From contig NC_069005.1 in assembly GCF_001194135.2 (NCBI RefSeq), positions 3,260,236 through 3,324,235 on the forward strand: a stretch of DNA of 64,000 bases, read 5' to 3'. A program made the position numbers and the translations under genes. The notes below the pieces were generated by a model. The model saw only the letters and a list, made by a program, of their open reading frames with translations, made no database searches and had not been told where the DNA came from. Position 1 is the stretch's first letter. Each line of letters begins with the position of its first letter. Below are positions 11,924 through 26,069 of the stretch, in pieces. This DNA is from Octopus bimaculoides (lineage: Eukaryota).

Positions 11924-12044
11924 TGGTTACTACTAGCTTAAAACAGAAACTACTGTACAATGGCAAGCGCACATCACACCAGTGGGAGGAACCCGCTTTA
12001 AAACAGTTTCCAATCGTGAAAAGGAGGAACTCATTTCAATTTCC

Positions 12045-12122
<78 letters not shown>

Positions 12123-12124
<2 letters not shown>

Positions 12125-12189
12125 GACAGGCTTCTTTGAGGTTTTCACTGCGAACTCCACTAGAATGCATTTAGTCCGCCCGAGGCTAT
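12123..12189 (-). mobile_element. CORE-type SINE internal fragment
   Basis: acgacaggcttcttt...gcccgaggctat matches the 37686-37755 copy. Confidence 0.6.
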
Positions 12190-13299
12190 GACATAAACGT
12201 ATACACACATACACACACACGCACATACACACGCACACATATTTGTACGACGCGTATATATACTCTTATAAAGCTTAGTGCAGCTCCGGCTTACAAGACT
12301 ATATTAAAAAAATACTTGCTCAGGGTAACATGAATCGAGACCGAATCGAAAATAGTACCGTTGGGAAACATTCAAATTTCTTACGAGCTCCACGCCTTCC
12401 ATGAAAATGTATTTTTTAAAAATGTATTTAAATAACCCGAACATCTTTGTCGAAAAGCGCACGATCACGGTGTCTGAAAATGAGAGTGCCTCTTAACATA
12501 TGTCTGCTTGATCGGACCTGTTCTGAAGATAAAGTAATCAGAAGAAACATAGAGGACAAGACAGAAATTATAAAGAATCTATTCGTTGTATAACGATTAT
12601 CGTCGAATTTTTTTTTTCGCCATTATAGGAATTGAAATTAGAACACTAGAACGGAACTAATTTGCACATGCTATATAAAAATAACAGAGAATGTAGTTGA
12701 TACTATATAAATGTATAAAGGGAAGGCTAGACGATAATTGTTAAAAAAGTTTGCGTCAACACAATTTTGATAAGAAAACAAATAACAATGAACAAAAGCA
12801 AAAATTACAATGCAATGCAATAAAACAAAATGAAAGAAAATGAAATGAAACAAAATTCATTTAAATTAATTAAAAATAATATTATATAAAAAATAACAAC
12901 AGCAAAGATTTAGAAATAATCTAAAAACTGAAAAAAGAGAAAAATCTAGTGATTTTACAGCCTACAAAAACGAAAATTAAATGTAATAAAACTACTTCAA
13001 ATCTTTAATTATTATATTTTTTTTTATTTTTCGTATCTCAGACAATCTAAAAAAAAAAGAGGCGGTTAATAATATAAAACTAAAAAAATAGCGAGTGCAA
13101 CCCCTCTACAAAAATATATTCCCCGCCACACCTATTAGCAATGTCACCTTTGCTTTTCAAATGATCAATTTAACAGTCTAGTAGTTGAGAAGGTGTTAAA
13201 AATCTATCAAATTAAAAGTAGAGAGGTGTTGAGCGACCTCTATCATCAATGGTGTTGGATGCGACGGAAGGTGGTGGCCAGATGCGGAGTGGGGTTGGG

Positions 13300-13657
13300 A
13301 TGGCTGTGATGGTCAGGGGTGGGGTAATGGTTATGGTGGTGTTTGTGGTGGTGGTGGTTGTTTCGGCCGGTCTGGCTGGCGTGGGCAAAAATACAGGTAA
13401 AGAATGACCGATGAAGTCCCACGGTGGGGCTGGCAGTGGGGTTGGCGGTGAGGTTGGCAGTGGTGTTGGTGGTGGGGTTGGCGGTGGGGTTGGCGATGGA
13501 GTCAGCGGTGACGGTAGTGAAGGTGACAATGACGGCTCCGAACGTAACTGAATGATGATGATGATGATGATGATGATCGTGGTGGAGGCGGTGGTGATCA
13601 CGATAGTAGTAATAGTAGTCGGAGTAGTAGAAGTAGTCGTAGCAGTAGTAGTAGTTA

Positions 13658-13714
<57 letters not shown>

Positions 13715-13870
13715 AGGTGAAGTGGTGATAATGGTGGTTCATTTGGAGATAAGGTTGATGACACTGATGATGAGGATGGAGGTGATGGTGAGGGTTAGGT
13801 ATCACTTTTGATTTGAGTGATTACGTTAAAAGTGGCGGAGGTGTGGTAGTGGTGGTGGTAGTGGTGATGA

Positions 13871-13902
<32 letters not shown>

Positions 13903-14249
13903 TTGGTGGTGGAGGTGGTGGTTAAGACATATGCTGTGGGGATCAATACACTGATGATGATGCTGATTATAATGATGATATTGGTGGTCGTGCTTGCGGT
14001 GATGGTTGCCATGGTGATGGTGATGAAGTTGATAGTGATGATGCTGCTGATAATAATGATAATGATGGCGTTGACGATGCTGATGATAATGATGATGGTG
14101 GTGGTGGTGATGATATTGATACTGGCGACAACGACAACGACGGTGTTTGTCTAGATGCTGAGCCCGATAATGATGACAAGAACAACAACGATGATAAGTG
14201 ATAAGGAAGATGACGGTGACGGCGGTGATGATGGTGAGGCTTGGTGGTA

Positions 14250-14305
<56 letters not shown>

Positions 14306-14457
14306 AGTGGTGATGATGTGAAGGGAGATGAGAAGGAATAGGATGAAGATATGGAGGAGAGGTCAGGAAGAAGTAAAACAGCAGCAACAAGATCAAGATT
14401 CAGGGACAGAGACGGAGAAATGGAGGAGGAGCCAGAGGAGAATAATAATAATAATAA

Positions 14458-14488
<31 letters not shown>

Positions 14489-14494
14489 AAGAAG

Positions 14495-14526
<32 letters not shown>

Positions 14527-14617
14527 GAAAAAGAAGAAGAAGAAGAAGAAGAAGAAGAAGAAGAAGAAGAAGAAGAAGAAGAAGAAGAAGAAGAAGAAGA
14601 AGAAGAAGAAGAAGAAT
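13300..14617. repeat. Compound GGT/GAT/GTA/AAT/GAA tract including a 12-bp GGC(A/G)GTG(G/A)GGTT minisatellite at ~13431-13500
   Basis: Seen directly. Confidence 0.9.
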
Positions 14618-15080
14618 GACAGGGGAAAGAGAATGATGCAGAGGTCAAAATGTAGAATAATGATGGTGCTGTTTGATTCAGGAATATGTTGTTTTTGGTT
14701 TCTTCTACCTGATATTGCTTTGGATAATAAATATATAAAAACAACTACAGAAAACAATAAAGAAATAGTTGATAGCCAATTACTGAAATGTATTAATTAT
14801 TTTTGATTTTACTTCGGTCAAATTTGGAATATTAATTTACGCTGATCGTTGCCAAATATTTTAATTAAATGAAATTGTTAGAATTTAATTTTAAATAAGC
14901 TTGCTACGAATTAGTTTCATACAGAAAATAGTAATTGGAAACGCACAGCTATGCACACGCGCCAGCATGCCCGCACACACCCGAAAACAGAGAGAAAAAA
15001 ACACACACACATATAACTGCACGAATATACAGATATATAGACAGATAAGTATATATATATATTCATATACGCAGCACATG

Positions 15081-15116
<36 letters not shown>

Positions 15117-15410
15117 NNNNNNNNNNNNNNNNNNNNNNNNNNNNNNNNNNNNNNNNNNNNNNNNNNNNNNNNNNNNNNNNNNNNNNNNNNNNNNNNNNNN
15201 NNNNNNNNNNNNNNNNNNNNNNNNNNNNNNNNNNNNNNNNNNNNNNNNNNNNNNNNAATATAATGCTAAATTGCGGTTAATTTTAGGGAAGTTTTTTAAA
15301 AAAAGGATATATGTAATTGGTGGCGTGACTCAGTCTTGACTGTAGAGTCAAATTTATGAATTTCTTGTTAATTGGGACTTTACGATATGCTAACCCGATA
15401 GTAGGGCATA

Positions 15411-15585
15411 ATTCTTTTCTACTCAAGGCACAAAGCTCAACATTTTTAGGGAGAGGCCCGTCGATTAGATCGCCGCAGTACGCAACTGGTAATTAATTTA
15501 TCGACCCCGAAAGGATAAAATGCAAAGTCGACCTCGGTGGAATTTAAACGTAGAACGTAAAGACAGACGAAATACTCACCGCCTT
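15411..15585 (-). mobile_element. Meta-domain tRNA-SINE
   Basis: ttttctactcaaggcaca tail, aactggtaattaatttatcgaccccgaaaggataaaatgcaaagtcgacctcgg core, partly deleted head. Confidence 0.88.
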
Positions 15586-16101
15586 GAAAAAGTGTATGAT
15601 AATTGAAGTAACCGTCAACTCGCTTGTGTGTTTGTCTGTGTGCTTTTGAAATTCAAGTTATTGTAGACATATTTCACTCAGACCCAGTGAACTTTATCAT
15701 CTCAGCACATTGTGAAAACTACCCAAGTCCCAAATCTATGCTTTTCGTTTTCGCTAGTGTAAAAATCTATGCCAACCAATCAAAGCCAACCTAGAATTAT
15801 GCGCCCTGCTAATAGCTTATTTAGTACGACAAAGACCTGACCCTGATGTCCTTTGAACCGCTGTATATGATATGATTAAATACTGTGCTATTAAATTTAT
15901 GGAAATAACTCTCAATTTTCTTACAGAGTCGCAGATAATTGCCAGGGGCTTTAACATTCCATTGTAAGATTTCATTATTTGTTCTACTTTGTATTTCACA
16001 TCGGACATCTATGCAAATTGATTTAACACATTTACGTGTCTTCAATTCCCAATAGCATTCTCATCAATTTCCATTACATAAGCCCACATTGCTGCGCGTA
16101 T

Positions 16102-16293
16102 TTAGGACAGGGTTTCGATATAGTTAACAGGCACTGCGCTTTCGGAGTCAATCACAGGACAGACTTTAACCGTGGAGCCTGTATACATTTCACGGTAAAT
16201 GAAGTAACCAAAGATATTTATACACAGGCCTATTGATCTCGAAACTCCAAGAGTACCTGTACAATATATGAATAGAGCCAAGATCCACTTCAT
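16102..16293 (-). CDS. Short ORF with hydrophobic N-terminus (MKWILALFIYCTGTLG...), unverified
   Basis: 63-aa ORF in unique sequence. Upstream acceptor-like cttctcttcag at 16355-16365. No homology recognised. Confidence 0.12.
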   Translation of the reverse strand: MKWILALFIYCTGTLGVSRSIGLCINIFGYFIYREMYTGSTVKVCPVIDSESAVPVNYIETLS

Positions 16294-18452
16294 GATTAAA
16301 TTGTTATTTGTATGTTGAGTTTATGGGTAACTACACTTTCTAGAAGAATATTTCCTGAAGAGAAGCGGTCTCAGCTGTGACTGAAGGGTTTTGCAGCAAA
16401 AGCTGCCGCAGTAACAAGAATTCTTTAATGCCCAAAAGAGCGGACTGATTAATCAATAAATTTCGCAAGGATACAAAATAATTTCCCTATAGAATATTGT
16501 GACAGAATAATGCAAAGTTAACAAAATAACGACAAAAAAATGACAAAAATAAAACAATTATGGACAAAAAAGCTATAGAACTAACATTGACAAAACAAAA
16601 GAACACGGAATTTAATTTTTGATGAAGATGAAATTTACAGAAAATAAAGGAACCGCAAATGACAATAACATTTTAAAAGAAAGACATATTGGAAGTAATT
16701 AGAGCCATGTGTGTTTGAAAATACTTTTAAAGCAACAGAAATTACAGAAGCGTAATTAGTTGGGAAAGCATGAAGGACACAGTGATGGAGTTTGTTTAAT
16801 ATTTCAATAAACAAGTTTGAGCGTAAGGAGCCAGCCCTTTCCCATTCCTTTCCGAAATGTAGTTTCCAGGCGCGTAACATGGCGATAGGAAAATTTGAAA
16901 TATAAAATGAAGTTACGGCTTTTGTGTATTCTTCATAAACACCTATTTTTGCATGGATTTTCAACAAATTCATTCGTCAGAACGAGGCTAAAATATGTTG
17001 CGTTATGATTTAACCACAAAATTATTTCTCTCTCTTTCTGAGCAGTAAATAAACATTAGTCAGAATAATGTCACGATTTTTTAAAGAGATTAATCGAAGA
17101 TAGTTTGGGTGTTTTGTTTTTCTTCTGAGAAGTTGCATGTATAGTGCTCCTATTAATTGCTGCAAATGATTTTAATCTCAAGAAAATTAAGATCGAGCCA
17201 GTTTGGTTCTCTGAAAAAGTATGCTAGATAAAAAAAATATATTTCAAGGTGTTATTTCAGCGGTACTTATCAAAAATAATTACATTTCATTGATGAAATA
17301 TTAAAAAAAAAAAGACAGAAGATGAAACATGTCAGGATGATCTTCATTATTCCGGTCACTGAGAGCAAAATATGCACTGTTGCAACTGGCAACTGTAATC
17401 AATTTTCTGAGCGAGGCGAAAAAATCTCGTTTACATAAAAGGAACACACGTTTGTAATGTAACATCCACCATTTCACTTCCTCCTCACCTCCCTCCTTAT
17501 CCTTGAGTATATATAAATATGTGTGTGTGTATATATAAACATGTATANNNNNNNNNNTATATATGAATGTGGATTTTATATATATATATGTATATGTATA
17601 TATAAATATATATTCAATGGATATATGTGTAGCCATGCATACATATCGGTAGTTATTAGATAAGGTAAGTCTGGACGGAGTTTGATCGTCACTTTCTGTG
17701 AGATGGTCCATACACAAGGGTTAAAGAACAAAACATCGACTCTAAGAAAAAACTGTTTAGTTTGTTTTATTCTCTTACGGGAACGTTACATATTATATAG
17801 CCTGATAGACCCTGCTATGTCAAGATGGACTTATATATTCTTCCTCACATTTGGATTTTATGTATGCTCTCTCCCACTTGGTTTTAATATGTTGCCACAT
17901 TTGTAATATGTCTTTTTTCTGCATTTTTTCGTGCAGCTGAAGATTGCTCTTCATATTGCATTTAAGGTAATGCTCACATTACTTAAATAAATTGAAGTAG
18001 CATGAAACGTGCGTACTGCAATCACTTTTGAAATCCGTGTTGCTTATTGTTTGATTTTAATCACCCATCCTTTTGGGGTGTGANNNNNNNNNNNNNNNNN
18101 NNNNNNNNNNNNNNNNNNNNNNNNNNNNNNNNNNNNNNNNNNNNNNNNNNNNNNNNNNNNNNNNNNNNNNNNNNNNNNNNNNNNNNNNNNNNNNNNNNNN
18201 NNNNNNNNNNNNNNNNNNNNNNNNNNNNNNNNNNNNNNNNNNNNNNNNNNNNNNNNNNNNNNNNNNNNNNNNNNNNNNNNNNNNNNNNNNNGTGTTGTCT
18301 TATTGTATTGACAGATACAGGGACAGACATGTCAAATGTCGGTTCTGTTAAGCAGTACATATTTGGTAATGAATATACATGTATATATCTAAATATATAT
18401 CTCCCTCCATCTCTCTCTCCCAGTGTATATATTTGCGCGCGCGTGTGTGTGC

Positions 18453-18497
<45 letters not shown>

Positions 18498-18925
18498 TGC
18501 GCGAGCGTGTGTGTATGAATGTAAATAATGTACATGCATGTACGCATGCATATGTAAGTATATATACATGCTAATATTCACAAATATGTATTCGTTAAGC
18601 ACATCCACTAACTCTCGCTCCCAGGGTTCCCACATATGCAGGTACACAGACAGACACACACTCACGTACATATACATAAATGCCTGTGGGTATGTGTGTA
18701 TATGTGTGTGCGTGTGTGTGCGCCTGTGCATAAGTAAGTGTGGGCGCTTACATGTCTGCGTGTGTAAGTACGTACATAAATCTAACTAGATAATTTATGT
18801 GCGATGTACACTTGTGTGTTAGTATGAATGCCAACACACACCGTACTTATAAAACCAGTGACTTAACGTGAATATGTTCACCGCAAAATATTTCTCTGGT
18901 ACGTACATATACAAATATATGAGTG

Positions 18926-19031
<106 letters not shown>

Positions 19032-20845
19032 TACTTAGGTCCACATATTATTTGTCAGTTTAGCTTTTAAGAATTGTATGATCATCGCTGACTAAAGTAA
19101 GTCTAATAAGAAAACTTACGACAGAGAAAGTGATTTCTTTGCTTTTTATTTAATTTTACTTTTCGCTTTATAGGTATATCTTGATTTTTACTTTCTTACT
19201 AGTTCACTGGATATATACATACATGCATACATACATACATACATACATACACACATACACACATACATACATGCTTATATATATGTATATACATATATAA
19301 ATTTATTTATTTAATATATNNNNNNNNNNNNNNNNNNNNNNNNNNNNNNNNNNNNNNNNNNNNNNNNNNNNNNNNNNNNNNNNNNNNNNNNNNNNNNNNN
19401 NNNNNNNNNNNNNNNNNNNNNNNNNNNNNNNNNNNNNNNNNNNNNNNNNNNNNNNNNNNNNNNNNNNNNNNNNNNNNNNNNNNNNNNNNNNNNNNNNNNN
19501 NNNNNNNNNNNNNNNNNNNNNNNNNNNNNNNNNNNNNNNNNNNNNNNNNNNNNNNNNNNNNNNNNNNNNNNNNNNNNNNNNNNNNNNNNNNNNNNNNNNN
19601 NNNNNNNNNNNNNNNNNNNNNNNNNNNNNNNNNNNNNNNNNNNNNNNNNNNNNNNNNNNNNNNNNNNNNNNNNNNNNNNNNNNNNNNNNNNNNNNNNNNN
19701 NNNNNNNNNNNNNNNNNNNNNNNNNNNNNNNNNNNNNNNNNNNNNNNNNNNNNNNNNNNNNNNNNNNNNNNNNNNNNNNNNNNNNNNNNNNNNNNNNNNN
19801 NNNNNNNNNNNNNNNNNNNNNNNNNNNNNNNNNNNNNNNNNNNNNNNNNNNNNNNNNNNNNNNNNNNNNNNNNNNNNNNNNNNNNNNNNNNNNNNNNNNN
19901 NNNNNNNNNNNNNNNNNNNNNNNNNNNNNNNNNNNNNNNNNNNNNNNNNNNNNNNNNNNNNNNNNNNNNNNNNNNNNNNNNNNNNNNNNNNNNNNNNNNN
20001 NNNNNNNNNNNNNNNNNNNNNNNNTATATATATATATATACATACATGCACATATAAATATATATATATATACATATGTCCACATACACTCACACAAACA
20101 TGCATATATGTATATAAATACTTACACTTACCATGACATACATTAGAAGCCTATATGAAGTTAATATGATTGTGCTATTTTTTTTACTATTTTAACTCTA
20201 ACCATGACACGTGCGGCCATTAACGTAATATATTTGTCCTTAGATATAGTGTACTATGCAACACTCGTTGTTATGTGAATACGTATCGCTTGTGTATATA
20301 TGTGCATAGAAACGCTCCGTTGAAGTTTATGGGAAATTTATTGAATTGTTTGTTTATATGTGTTTGTCTGTGTGTCTGTGACCGTGATTGTGTCGCTATT
20401 CTGACAGCAATCATAGTGTCTTATAATCTTGTGGGAGGCGTATACACGTTAGTTACGTTTATAATACATAGCTTTTTATTACGTATCTATAAACACACGG
20501 CCAAATATACAAAATATTCTCACTTACAATATGTGTATGGAACTCAGAATAATACGTGCTCTCTGACAAACGCACATATGAACATATCTATATCTATCTA
20601 TAAACCTATCTATATGTATGTGTGTATACATATATCCATACATACACACTTTCACACATACACAAACACACATATATATATATACATGCTCACTCATATT
20701 TTACATGAGCACACACACACACAAGGCACAGACACACCCGCACACACACCCGCACACACACATATTTTGTCATTCCAAAAATGCTGCGGTATTTTTAGAC
20801 TTTCATTTGTCAAATTTAAGATAGACAAAATCCTTTTCGATATAT

Positions 20846-21312
20846 AATATATACTCTCCACCATTTTCTACAAAGCTCTTCCATCGAGCTGTAAGATTTG
20901 TAAGACCTCTCTTCCAAAGTTCACTTGCCAATGACGAAAAATACTCCTCCAGTATTGTTCCATCTAAATGATTTTGAAGACTGCGGAATGAATGATAATC
21001 AGATGGGGCAATGTCCAGCGAATATGTTGGGTGGGTCATCGTTTCCCATTGAAACTGCTCTAGCTTTTTGAATTTATTGAACATATAAAGGAAATGTGAT
21101 GGATATACTCCTTTGTAGCTTCCATTATAGAATTGATAAAATAACTGCTAAAATCGAACTGCACTCTTCAAAACTTGCACTAAGAATACGTACAAGGAAC
21201 AATTACTACCCGCATTTACAGCAAGTAAATGCAGTATTTTATCCTCGTCCTACTCCGACTTTCAGTTCATGCAAATAAAAAAAACCGCTTTATTTATGGG
21301 ATGAACCACCAA
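20846..21312 (-). mobile_element. Internally deleted mariner (DD34D) element
   Basis: TA + TIR-like ttggtggttcatcccataaataaagcggttttt. N-terminus MEATKEYIHHI..(frameshift)..YMFNK is fused to the C-terminal KLEQFQWETMTHPTYSLDIAPSDYHSFRSLQNHL...W...VENGGEYI, which matches the mariner HPPYSPDLAPSDYHLF motif. Confidence 0.92.
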
Positions 21313-21705
21313 TATATATANNNNNNNNNNNNNNNNNNNNNNNNNNNNNNNNNNNNNNNNNNNNNNNNNNNNNNNNNNNNNNNNNNNNNNNNNNNNNNNN
21401 NNNNNNNNNNNNNNNNNNNNNNNNNNNNNNNNNNNNNNNNNNNNNNNNNNNNNNNNNNNNNNNNNNNNNNNNNNNNNNNNNNNNNNNNNNNNNNNNNNNN
21501 NNNNNNNNNNNNNNNNNNNNNNNNNNNNNNNNNNNNNNNNNNNNNNNNNNNNNNNNNNNNNNNNNNNNNNNNNNNNNNNNNNNNNNNNNNNNNNNNNNNN
21601 NNNNNNNNNNNNNNNNNNNNNNNNNNNNNNNNNNNNNNNNNNNNNNNNNNNNNNNNNNNNNNNNNNNNNNNNNNNNNNNNNNNNNNNNNNNNNNNNNNNN
21701 NNNNN

Positions 21706-21744
<39 letters not shown>

Positions 21745-22913
21745 ATATATATATATACATGTGTGTGTCCCTGTATGTGTACGATTGTACATTTATGAAT
21801 ATATACGTATGTATTATGTGTATGGAATGATGGATGATAGCTTGTGTATTCATGCATGTGGCTGTGTATGTGGTCATGTGTTTGCGTGTACCGGTTTGTC
21901 CATTAACACATCTTTAATGTGGGATGAATCCGTGATTGGCTGTAACATATAAGTAGAAATTGAATCATGTTACTCTTCACACATGTGACGCATGTGACGG
22001 TACAACCGCAGAAAGGCACATCGCATTCATGCCACAATCACATAGATACACTCATTGATATTGTTGTACAGCTTGCATTCCTTTTATTCCGCCATAAACC
22101 TAGTTTCATGCATCAATTTCCTTCTTGAAGTAAACGAATTTGCAAACATAGGAATACTCGTACACACACAAATAGACATGNNNNNNNNNNTATATATATG
22201 TATGTATTTATGTATGTGTGTGTGTGTGTGTGTGTATTTATGTATGTGTGTATAAATATGCATATATATGTGTGTGTCTATAGATATATGTCTATATGTA
22301 CAAACTCACATTCACTCACACACGCTTAAGCATAACTACACTGTCAGTAAAGCACGCTTTACGTAGACATGCATTCCCACATGCGAGCGCTCACACACTT
22401 TCACACAAAGTTACTGATATCCGCTCCAGTTGCACAGCAGACAAGACGAAGTGTAAGTATGGCGGCCATGTACAAGACTACACGTCAGATTCATTTGAGA
22501 AACGCCTAATCTTTGATAGTTATTGGTTGCCGCCATTGTTAAGTTAACTGTCGAACAATATGGCCAGATCTGAAAGAAATTTCAACATCCGATCGAGCTA
22601 ATAACTGTCATAGGGGAAAGATGATGGACATCCAATAAACTGTTTATGTAGCTGAACGATTTGGTGATGTAAGAATTGACTAGCGGACCTTGAAAATATT
22701 TTCTATAATTTCTCTTCTTTTGATCTTTTAGATCTCTTTTTAGATTGTCCGCTTATAAAGTTGGAATATACACGTGATACAGTTTCTTAAGACATGAAAC
22801 TCTCTCTCTCTGTCTGTTTGTCCCCTCATCACACTCAATCTCTCTCCCTCTCCGATTCTCCCAATATACATCTCACATAAACATACATACATGCATACAT
22901 ATATGTATATGTG

Positions 22914-23014
<101 letters not shown>

Positions 23015-23389
23015 GTATATTTATATGTATATATATTATATATATGTATTTATATATGTACACATATATTTATATATATATTCACATACATATACACGCA
23101 TGCACACATCTACGTACATGTATACCTACACACACACACACACACACGCACACACCCACACACACACACACATATATATATATGTGTGTGTAAGCAGTTA
23201 CGTTTATATGGTATAGATTCATAAGACACGAAATCTCAGTTTCTATCATACAATTCCCTCGCTACCTCTCTCTCTACAGTCCTGTATATCTCTGTGTGTA
23301 TCTTAATGTATTTGAGTGTATGTGAGTGCGTATTTGCGCGTTAATATGTAAGTATGTTTGTTAGTATCTCTTTCTCCCTCCACGCCCTC

Positions 23390-23420
<31 letters not shown>

Positions 23421-25638
23421 TGCCCTTTCCGCTGATCTGCATTTTTCCATATTATCAGGAAAGATTCTCGTGCAGTATACCTCATACAGACGACACAATG
23501 TAATTTAATGGTTTCTCACATCGACACATAAACCTACAATTTATGGAGAAATACTAGAGCCGGTTCATTCGACAGAAATATTTGCGATGAGAATTGTAGG
23601 GAAACTGAAATGAAAGGCCCTATATCAAAGAATATGCTACATCGATTGAGTATATATAAATGTGACAGCCTTCTAATCACACCAAGTTTCAAAATGACTG
23701 AGCACGTTCTACACAGCATGCTTCTAAATTGTTTGGGGTTTACTAAAGTAGAAAGGAGTTGCTTCCTCACTGGAGCCAAGCGGCATCGGTCTTTGCCTTT
23801 CTCTTCGGTAACATCAGCGGCGTAGAAAGGGGAGGCTGGTATGCATAAGCAATTGCTGGCCTTCCATAGACAACCTGACCCGAACTTGTGCCCAGGGTCG
23901 GAAATTATCTGTGCAATCCCAATTGAGTGGAAGCGGAATACCTCGGCTAATCGTAATTAAATTACGGAAGGGATGGGTGCTAAGCAGTGATAAATGAAAT
24001 TGCAATGATATTATGAGTCCAATCCATCTCGCAGTGTTGTCTGCTTAGTGTCTGTGACGGAGGTAGAGACAACGACTTCGAAATGATAACATCTCATATT
24101 CTAGTTAGGTGGCGCTGCGAAATGGTCTAGGTGTAGACACACCAGATATATTCTCCGTGACAAAATGCAGTGAGTAGCTTGTTCCCAATTTCGAACGTGC
24201 ATCAGGCATACTTGGACTGCTAATAAGACTGCAATTACACTCACCGAACCGCCTTAGTAATATATATATATATATANNNNNNNNNNNNNNNNNNNNNNNN
24301 NNNNNNNNNNNNNNNNNNNNNNNNNNNNNNNNNNNNNNNNNNNNNNNNNNNNNNNNNNNNNNNNNNNNNNNNNNNNNNNNNNNNNNNNNNNNNNNNNNNN
24401 NNNNNNNNNNNNNNNNNNNNNNNNNNNNNNNNNNNNNNNNNNNNNNNNNNNNNNNNNNNNNNNNNNNNNNNNNNNNNNNNNNNNNNNNNNNNNNNNNNNN
24501 NNNNNNNNNNNNNNNNNNNNNNNNNNNNNNNNNNNNNNNNNNNNNNNNNNNNNNNNNNNNNNNNNNNNNNNNNNNNNNNNNNNNNNNNNNNNNNNNNNNN
24601 NNNNNNNNNNNNNNNNNNNNNNNNNNNNNNNNNNNNNNNNNNNNNNNNNNNNNNNNNNNNNNNNNNNNNNNNNNNNNNNNNNNNNNNNNNNNNNNNNNNN
24701 NNNNNNNNNNNNNNNNNNNNNNNNNNNNNNNNNNNNNNNNNNNNNNNNNNNNNNNNNNNNNNNNNNNNNNNNNNNNNNNNNNNNNNNNNNNNNNNNNNNN
24801 NNNNNNNNNNNNNNNNNNNNNNNNNNNNNNNNNNNNNNNNNNNNNNNNNNNNNNNNNNNNNNNNNNNNNNNNNNNNNNNNNNNNNNNNNNNNNNNNNNNN
24901 NNNNNNNNNNNNNNNNNNNNNNNNNNNNNNNNNNNNNNNNNNNNNNNNNNNNNNNNNNNNNNNNNNNNNNNNNNNNNNNNNNNNNNNNTATATATATATA
25001 TATATATATTTGTATGTATGTATATATGTATACACACACATATATGTGTGAGTAGATAAATGACAGTTACATAGATAAATACACATGTGTGTGCGTGTCT
25101 CTGAATGGATATATAAGCGCACCTATGCACATCGCAAATCTTATGCAGTTCAGGTCACCTGAATGATCATAGAAGACTGTCTACGATATTGTTTCTTATA
25201 TTGGAATTTTAGATTCCTCGTATTTTTTCAATCGACAGCTTTATTGTTTGAATTTATGAAAATATCTATGCACTAACCAATGTCTGCATTTGACCCCCGC
25301 CCCACACTCTATTTATCTCCGGTAAATGTCTAGCTAATTGTGAATATAGCATAGTTAGCTCTGAGGGAAATACAGTTTTTGTGTTTGTACTATAGACTTT
25401 GAAAGTTTGGAAACATTGCACTGACGATTACTTCGTTCAAAATAGAGTTATATTATGAAAACAATGGTTGATAATATCGATTTTTGTTGTCTGATATCGG
25501 ATTTATGATCATGTATTTCCTTGTATATAATTCTCACATATTGTGTACATACATGATTTTATATTTATATATGTATATAGATATACATATATGCATACAT
25601 AACATATACGTATGTGTGTGCATATACCAATTTATAAG

Positions 25639-25712
<74 letters not shown>

Positions 25713-26031
25713 CTCACGCACATACGCATATATATGTATATATATATATCTGTGAAAATGTTGGTATATATGCATACAATTGTGTGTATGGTTGTTGTGT
25801 TTCTTTGCATTTATTTTTCGGTATTATATATCGTTTTGTCTTTGCGTATGAATCAGAAATCAATATTGCTTTGTATGCATACACAAACACACACACACAC
25901 ACACCCACCCACACACAATCACACACATACACACACACACGCACACGTGCACACACACGCCCACACACACACATACACACATATATAAAGCAACACACAT
26001 AAACATGTGTTTCCGTGTTTGTGTGTGTGTG

Positions 26032-26069
<38 letters not shown>

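Noticed and set aside
13212-13805. 197-aa Pro/Thr-rich (mucin- or extensin-like) ORF
   Set aside because: Built from GGT/GTA/GAT repeats and a 12-bp minisatellite, with parallel ORFs in other frames.
16061-16066. Tandem in-frame TGA TGA in a Cys-containing frame (selenoprotein idea)
   Set aside because: The frame has other stops just upstream, with no start, no strong acceptor, no selenoprotein homology and no SECIS recognised.
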